A stretch of 64,000 nucleotides of DNA from Macrostomum lignano (taxonomy: Eukaryota). The notes below the pieces were generated by a model. That model did not search any database and was not told the DNA's origin. It saw only the letters and a program-made list of their open reading frames with translations. This document shows, one piece after another, positions 49,226 through 64,000 of this stretch. Numbering within the stretch: the first letter of the stretch is position 1; each line of letters starts with the position of its first letter. The position numbers were made by a program, and so were the translations under genes. The DNA is taken from assembly GCA_002269645.1 (NCBI GenBank), contig NIVC01000988.1, positions 186,001-250,000 on the forward strand, given 5' to 3'.

Positions 49226-50456
49226 ATGTCGGAAAGTGACTCTTCTTCAGTTTACAATGGTACAACAACCGAGCGCAATTATAAAAGCTGTATTAGCGAT
49301 CAAGGCGAATTGGTCCCGCATGGTCAACTGTTCTACCCACCTGGTTTCGATAAGTGCACCACTTGTCGCTGTTCAAATGGAGAAGCGGCCACGTGCCATT
49401 CGGTGACGTGCAGCGTTCCCGCAGTCCCTTGTCCCGAAGGTTAGTGCGTGGCAGTGTTTAGCTGATATTATTAAAACGGCCCTTTTAAGGACGGACATTT
49501 AGCTGATATAATAACGGCCCTTTTAAGGGATGACAATAATAAAACGGCCCTTTTAGGACGGACATTAATAAAACAGCCATTTTAGGACAGACATTAGTAA
49601 AACGACACTTTCAGAACAGACATTAATAAAACGGCCCTTTTACGACAGACATTAATAAAACGACACTTTTAGGGCAGTCATTAATAAAACGGCCCTTTTA
49701 GGACAGATATAAAAAACGGCCCTTATGGGGCTGACATTAAGGGCAGATATTTAGCTCAACTTATTAATACGGCCTTTTTAAAGAGCAGAAACTTGGCTGA
49801 TATTTTTAAAACGGCCCTTTTAAGGGCAAACACTCAATATTACCTACACTCAAGTACAAACTGTCCCTTTTACTCTCTTGAGTCTTTTTTAAAACTCTCC
49901 AGGCCAGGAACCGGTGGTAACCAAGCAGGATTGCTGCAGTTTTGCCTGCTTCCCTAGGGGAAGCGTTTGGGATGGCGGCGGCAGAGGCGGCGGCAAGGAC
50001 CACGGCATGGACGGCGGAGGCGGAATTGGCACGGATCCAAGCGGCATTCTCACCCTATCCGTAGCTCTGATCGCATTCTTGCTAGCCGCTTCATTCTGCG
50101 CCCTGCTCTATCTGCTCTATTTGAACCGTCGCAGACGCTACGAGCTTCAGCGAGCTCTGTTGGAGCAGCAGATTCTGCAACAATCTGCCACAGCCGCTAA
50201 TGCTGCTGGCGATCTGCTTCTAGCACCAACAGTTGCCGCTTCTTATGGTCCGTTTAAACCGGAGCACTCCGATCCGCCACCGTCTTATTGGGATATTGAC
50301 CCGCCGATGGAGTTGGCCTCGGTCAGCGCCGCCGCAGATGACACTGAGCAGCGGACACGCCGCCAAGTTGACTCTGATTCAGCCTGTTCAGTTGACTGTA
50401 CACCTGACAATTGTTCTTTAGAACGGGATTCTCGCTGTTCCTCGTCGGCGATGTGA
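49226..50456 (+). CDS. Single-pass membrane protein with a VWC domain, DGCR2/IDD-like; exons 49226(?)-49439, 49903-50456
   Basis: The C..G..V..G..FYP...DKCTTCRC.NG....C.SV.C..P..C|...CC.F.C VWC pattern is followed by a TM helix (LTLSVALIAFLLAASFCALLYLL), an RRRR stop-transfer and a PPPSY motif. Phase-1 intron matches. Confidence 0.65.
49475..49830. repeat. ~29-bp minisatellite (aataaaacggcccttttaggacggacatt), intronic
   Basis: Direct degenerate repeat. Confidence 0.88.
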
Positions 50457-50554
50457 ACTATTTTGAGCGAGAGTACGAGTGTTTGGCAGTTTCAGTCTGG
50501 CATCTTTGCTTCTTTGAAACAGATATCCGAGTTCTTTTTGAACTGTTGTCAGCT

Positions 50555-50925
50555 TAGTCTATGGGGTGCCTATGGGGTGCCTATTTGGGTTGTCTATGGG
50601 GTGCCTATTTGGGTTGTCTATGGGGATGCCAATTTGGGGTGTCTTTGGGGATGCCAATTTAGGGTGTCTATGGTAATGGTAATGCCCATTTGGGGTGCCA
50701 ATTTTGGGTGTCTATGGGGATGCCAATTTGTGGTGTCTATGGGGATGTCAATTTAGGGTGTCTATGGTAATGGTAATGCCCATTTGGGGTGCCAATTTTG
50801 GGGTGTCTATGGGGATTCCAATTTGGGGTGGCTATGGGGATGCCAATTGGGGTGTCTATGGTATGCTAATTTGGAGTGTTTATGGTGTGTTTATAGGGTG
50901 TCTTTGGGGTGCCTATGGAGAGTCC
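50555..50925. repeat. ~24-bp minisatellite (gggtgtctatggggatgccaattt)
   Basis: Direct degenerate repeat. Confidence 0.88.
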
Positions 50926-51116
50926 ATTTTTAGGTAATTTCTAGTGAGTACTAGTCAACGCAAAACATTCAGAACTTTAGGTCTCCAACGTTAAGTTGTA
51001 TTATTCAAAAGTCCGTAATGACATCGCTAGCGAGGAATGTTTCTGCCTCATCCTCGCAGCGACGCATGGCACTCTCTCGCCGAGTCTGAGCAGATGTCAT
51101 TGTGGTAGGTCGCTTC

Positions 51117-51422
51117 TCAGAAACAGTTTCCATGAAGTAGGATGGCGCGTTTGGAAAGATTACGGCTGGAGTTGGAGTACTGAGAGTTGGTTACAAAGAA
51201 CCTTTCCGAAAAATGCAGCGAGCAGATCCGGTAGTTGTGCTTTGGATCGCAGCGCAACTTCTCCAACTCTGCTACTGTCCACTTTCGGGGAATTCCACAG
51301 ATCAATTTTTCCAGAAGCTCCGGCTGTGCAGATAAAGGAAATTTGTGCATGGAGACTGCCGGATTCTTCTCATATCGAGCCAGATTGGTGACACAGAGTG
51401 GAGCACAGCAATTAAATACCAT
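51117..51422 (-). pseudogene. THAP zinc-finger ORF with an apparent frameshift at the AVPT-like motif; probably a transposase or THAP-gene remnant
   Basis: MVFNCCAPLC..SMHKFP..W..RICSLHFSERFF..LSKRAI matches the C2CH THAP signature. Confidence 0.7.
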
Positions 51423-52494
51423 GATTTATTTTAGCAACGTTTAAAAGCAGTTTGCTGCAAATATCCAGTATTGCTGTCAATATTCTTTTTCCAGTTAGCA
51501 AGCTATGAAATACGAGAGGTGTTACAAAAGTTCGCGTACAAAACTGCTTTAGCGAGAAATCGATAAGCAGCAGCATCATTTCATTCTATGCCATTCCCCT
51601 AAACTCGTATAGCGGAGTGGGGTGGGGCGGGTGAGTGTTCCTTCCTGGGGAGCGCAGCGACCATAGAGGCTTCCCTGGATTTGTGGATATTGTGGATATT
51701 TTCACCCATTTCTTAATTCATTATTCATTCACCATTCATTATTTATAGCTCGTAGCATCAGCTCAAGAAGTTGAAGTTTAGTCTATGGCCATAGACATAT
51801 TGAGCTCTCACTGCGAGAAAAATACACTAATTAGATAGGAAAAAACAGGTTTTTGTACATTTTCACCCATTTCTTAATTGAAATTAAACATTTAAACCCC
51901 ACATTGACACTCTCCGTAATATTTCCGATCCATTGGCTCAAGTCAGGTGAAAATCCATCTAGCCGTTTTTCCTCTAGGCTGTCATTTACACACAGACACA
52001 TTCATTTTTAGTATAAAAAACACGTCAACTTTAGTATATATAGAGTATAAGATTCACGAATGAATATTGAGCCCATTGATCCAATTAGTGATAATTGGCG
52101 TTATTCTGTTGCTATTTTCATTATTTTATTATAGTTTTTTCACTGCAGCTTTCGCTTCGATTGTTGCTTTGTGAAGGCTAGCTTGTGAATATCTCTCTCT
52201 GCCTCTCTTCCCTTTACTCTCCGTTTTGTAAATTATATGTTTATAAATTGCATTAAAGGATTTGTTGTATTGGTAAATTTTAATTGTGCAACTACGTGTA
52301 CTGTGTTTCTTAGGAAAACTTTTTTCAACCCCGTGATTTGTCATAAAGAATTCTATTTTACCCAGTGCTCACATGAACGATCATGTTTTACATCATCATT
52401 TTGCTGTAATGTATACCCGTATGTTGCATACTTTTTTAAAGAATCTGATTTTTATTGGCATCTTTATTCACTCATTCTAGATTAGAAGTGGAAA

Positions 52495-53100
52495 TGAGAT
52501 TATCCGACTATTATGGGTGAGATTATCGGAGATTATCGTAGATTAGAGGTTAGATTATCAAATCTAATTGTAGATTAGGGTTGAGATTATCAGAAATCAT
52601 TGTATATTATCGATGAGATTATCGGAGATCATTGTAGGTTATCGGTGAGATTATCAGAGATTATAGTAGATTCGGGGTGAGATTATCGGATATCATTGTA
52701 CATTAGAGATGAGATCGGAGATCATAGTAGATTCGGGATGAGATTATCGGAGATCATAGTAGATTCGGGTTGAGATTATCGGATATCATTGTACATTAGG
52801 GATGAGATCGGAGATCATAGTAGATTCGGGGTGAGATTTTCGGATATCATTGTACATTAGAGATGAGATCGGAGATCATAGTAGATTCGGGTTGAGATTA
52901 TCGGAGATCATAGTAGATTCGGGGTGAGATTATCGGATATGATTGTACATTTGGGATGAGATTATCAGAGATCATAGTAGATACGGGGTGAGATTATCGG
53001 ATATCATTGTACATTTGGGATGAGATCGGAGATCATAGTAGATTCGGGGTGAGATTATCGGAGATCATAGTAGATTCGGGGTGAGATTATCGGATATAGA
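52495..53100. repeat. ~32-bp minisatellite (gagattatcggagatcatagtagattcggggt)
   Basis: Direct degenerate repeat. Confidence 0.9.
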
Positions 53101-53804
53101 GACGTGGACTAAGAGTTCTATTTTAGTATGAAATTTGAAGAAGCTTTCTTTTGTGAAACAGTAGGTGTTGTTTTATCAGAATAAAATAATTTAATAACAC
53201 GAAGTCACAGTAAATGAATAGAATCAAGCATTGATGACTTTTTGTATATTTGTTTAGTACTTATTATTTAGCTATAATCAATCAGCATTGCATACATATT
53301 TAGTATTCTTTGCATTTTAGTTTTAAAAGTTATAGTGTTGAAACATGATGCAATTTTTTTAAGTTTATTAATCGCAATATCTGTTAAATTATTTTTACAA
53401 TTAATATCGGAGGGGAATCTATTTATATATTATAATATAATATACAAGTAAGATAATTGCTTACAAAATATGCTCGATTGCACGTACATATATAAGTATA
53501 TATTTAAAATAAATAAATTGCATCAGTAAACATAAATTTTGCATTAGTAGGTGCATACACTCGTAGCTGACAATACAAATTCGGTGGCTGTTGCATAGTT
53601 TTCATATAGTTATTTTTTTCCGGATTTTTTTGTTTTAAATATCAATTTGGAGTGTTACTTCCATTGGCGAGAATTTAGTATTTAGTTTTTTAGCATTACG
53701 TTTACAATGTCACACGTTCTGGACTTCCTAATTACAAGTGTAACTTATTTCAGGATTTTTTACTAGCGAGAAAAGTTCGCCGATTTTTTTAGTCAGTTCT
53801 CCAG

Positions 53805-54230
53805 GCAAACACGAGCATACGAATATGTTACTCTCGCTTTGGGGCCGACGGAAGTTCCGTGGATTTTCCCTGTGGCAGAGTTGTCCATGCAAACACAAGC
53901 ATACGAATATGTACTCTCACTTTGGGGCCAACGGAAGTTCCGTGGATTTTCCCTGCGGCAGAGTTGTCCATGCAAACACAAGCAAACGAATATGTTACTC
54001 TCGCTTTGGGGCCGACGGAAGTTCCGTGGATTTTCCCTGTGGCAGAGTTGTCCATGCAAACACAAGCAAACGAATATGTACTCTCACTTTGGGGCCAACG
54101 GAAGTTCCGTGGATTTTCCCTGCGGCAGAGTTGTCCATGCAAACACAAGCAAACGAATATGTACTCTCGCTTTGGGGCCGACGGAAGTTCCGTGGATTTT
54201 CCCTGCGGCAGAGTTGTCCATGCAAACACA
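53805..54230. repeat. 83/84-bp tandem repeat, ~5 copies, plus a degenerate copy at ~54505-54580
   Basis: Unit starts at 53911, 53994, 54078 and 54161. Confidence 0.95.
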
Positions 54231-54235
54231 TAGAC

Positions 54236-54494
54236 CAAGGATCGGAAAACTCCGGCCCGCGAAGCCTCTCTATCCGGCCCTCGGGTCCTTTAAAATTTCT
54301 CAATAGCAATCCGGCCCGCTCAAGCTTTGTCTCTTCTCAGCTCTCTTCTGTCTCCTCTCTTTTTCTCCTCGCCTCTCTTATCTCCTATCGCTCATCTCTT
54401 CTCTATTCTCTCTCCTCTCTCCCCTCCTGTGGCCCTCAGCCGTGCGCTAGGTTCTTTATCTGGCCGTTAGGTAAAAAAACTTTGCCGTCCCCAG
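54236..54494. mobile_element. Degenerate hAT (Charlie/MER58-like) MITE
   Basis: Left end caaggatcggaaaactccggcccgcg and right end actttgccgtccccag resemble CAGGGGTCGGCAAACT..GGCCCG / TTTGCCGACCCCTG termini. The TSD is only partial. Confidence 0.55.
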
Positions 54495-54679
54495 ACACTG
54501 GCCTGTACGTACTTTCTCTTTTGTACCCACGGTATTTCCATGGAATTTCCCTGCGACAGAGCGCTCGATGCAAACACAAAGAGGGTAGGGGCATTGGCGC
54601 CCCTTGGTTGCGGCACTATCCTGGAGCTGGCGTGTACTATTAAAAATTTCTTCATAATGCAGCAATTATTAGCTATAGC

Positions 54680-62950
<8,271 letters not shown>

Positions 62951-63073
62951 CTGCGAATTCAAGAAAAGTTTTTACTTTAAATTTAGCCTTTCATCGCTAA
63001 CGCTGGAAGTTAAGCAAAGGTGGCCCCGGTTAGTAAGCAGTTTAGTTGGCTGCTTGCTTTATTCCCCTATAGA

Positions 63074-63163
63074 ACCAGGGGCTTTAGCACCAGGGGCTTT
63101 AGCACCAGGGGCTTTAGCACCAGGGCTTTAGCACCAGGGCTTTAGCACCAGGGGCTTCAGTAC
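63074..63163. repeat. 14/15-bp repeat (accaggggctttagc), ~6 copies, at the LINE 5' junction
   Basis: Direct repeat. Confidence 0.9.
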
Positions 63164-64000
63164 CTAGAGGAGGCAGTCACGACAGCAGCGCCGGACTGCG
63201 GCATCAGCCTCTACGCCGATGATTCGGCTGTCCTCAGCACCCAGCCCTCACTGGCGAGCTGCGGAGCCAGGATACAACCGGCACTCGACGCTATAGCCAA
63301 CTGGACCAAAGAGTGGAAAATCACCCTGAGTACCAGCAAGTGCAACTACTCAACATTCACGCTCGCCCCCAACGAGGTGAATGGCAAGCTCCGGGTCCCG
63401 CTTGAGCTAGCCGGCGAGCCACTCCAGTTTGAAGAACACCCGACCTTCCTGGGCCTCATCCTGGACTGCCAGCTGAACTTCGCCCAGCACGCAGCCAACG
63501 TCTGCCGCCGCATGAGCCGACGCCGACGCGCTCTTGCCGACCTCGCGAACCGCGCGGTAGGAGCCACCCAGGAGGTGCTCCGGACGGCCTACCAGGCAAC
63601 CATCCGCGCCGTGGCCGAATACGGATGCAGAGTCTGGGGAGCCAGCGCGGCACCGAGTACCAAACTGCTTATCGAACAGCAACAGAACAGCTGTGCAAGA
63701 ATCATCACCGGATGTATGCTCCCAACTCGAACCACGGAGCTGCTTCGGACGGCCAACCTCCCCCCTTTGGCCACACCATCCTGGAACGCGCCGCCTGCCT
63801 CCGAGAACGGGTGCTGCGCCTCCCGGAGGACGTCCCAGCACACCGGACTGCGGCCAGAGACACCACCAGCAGACTACGAAACCGCGCCTACGAGAGCGCC
63901 CGCCGACAAGAAGAGGCAAATTTTAACGCGCTACTAGACAATGATTATAATTACAAGCGCCCTTTCCGCGGCTGCTGGCGGCAAATCGCGAGAGAAATCA
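63158..64000 (+). mobile_element. 5'-truncated non-LTR retrotransposon (RT C-terminal half and downstream region), frameshifted near 63770, antisense within a GPCR intron; continues past the window end
   Basis: The frame extends upstream of the listed ORF to ISLYADDSAV..ANWTKEWKITLSTSKC..PTFLGLILDCQLNFAQH..YQATIRAVAEYG..IITG. It continues in another frame as ILERAACLRERVLRLP. Confidence 0.9.

Noticed and set aside
51860-52020. Helitron/DINE-like motif string (gatcc..gtgaaaatccatctagccgttt..acacacagacacattcattttta); a similar hint at 22.4-22.6 kb
   Set aside because: The resemblance is by recollection only; no termini or second close copy can be shown in the window

Overview
Eukaryotic (animal) genomic DNA, not prokaryotic. 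It has spliceosomal genes with GC-rich exons (several encoding polyQ/polyA tracts) and introns filled with minisatellites, which resembles a free-living flatworm such as Macrostomum; the organism is inference only. Manual exon-phase reconstruction gives eight genes: the 3' end of an RBMS/alan shepard-like RRM gene (+), an FMRFamide-receptor-like GPCR (-), a complete Dpr-like GPI-anchored two-Ig protein (-), TTLL11 (-), a GT92/DUF23 glycosyltransferase (+) with a 7.9-kb 42-bp satellite in intron 2, AKTIP (+), a DGCR2-like VWC membrane protein (+), and a CCAP/NPS/vasopressin-type GPCR (-). Also present are a frameshifted THAP ORF, a tRNA-derived SINE family (4 copies), three MITE-like elements, a 5'-truncated non-LTR retrotransposon and more than 30 tandem arrays. 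Most long ORFs in the supplied track are translations of tandem repeats. The most interesting patterns are: (i) two cases of reverse-complementary minisatellite arrays about 80-130 nt from the splice sites of frame-symmetric exon blocks, a geometry like that of Alu pairs promoting circRNA formation or exon skipping; (ii) arrays whose units match adjacent functional ends (a MITE TIR, a stop codon, a LINE 5' junction, a splice donor); (iii) a GC-AG intron and a possible 29-nt intron; and (iv) a CpG-decay footprint in one SINE copy. No database searches or computations were run.
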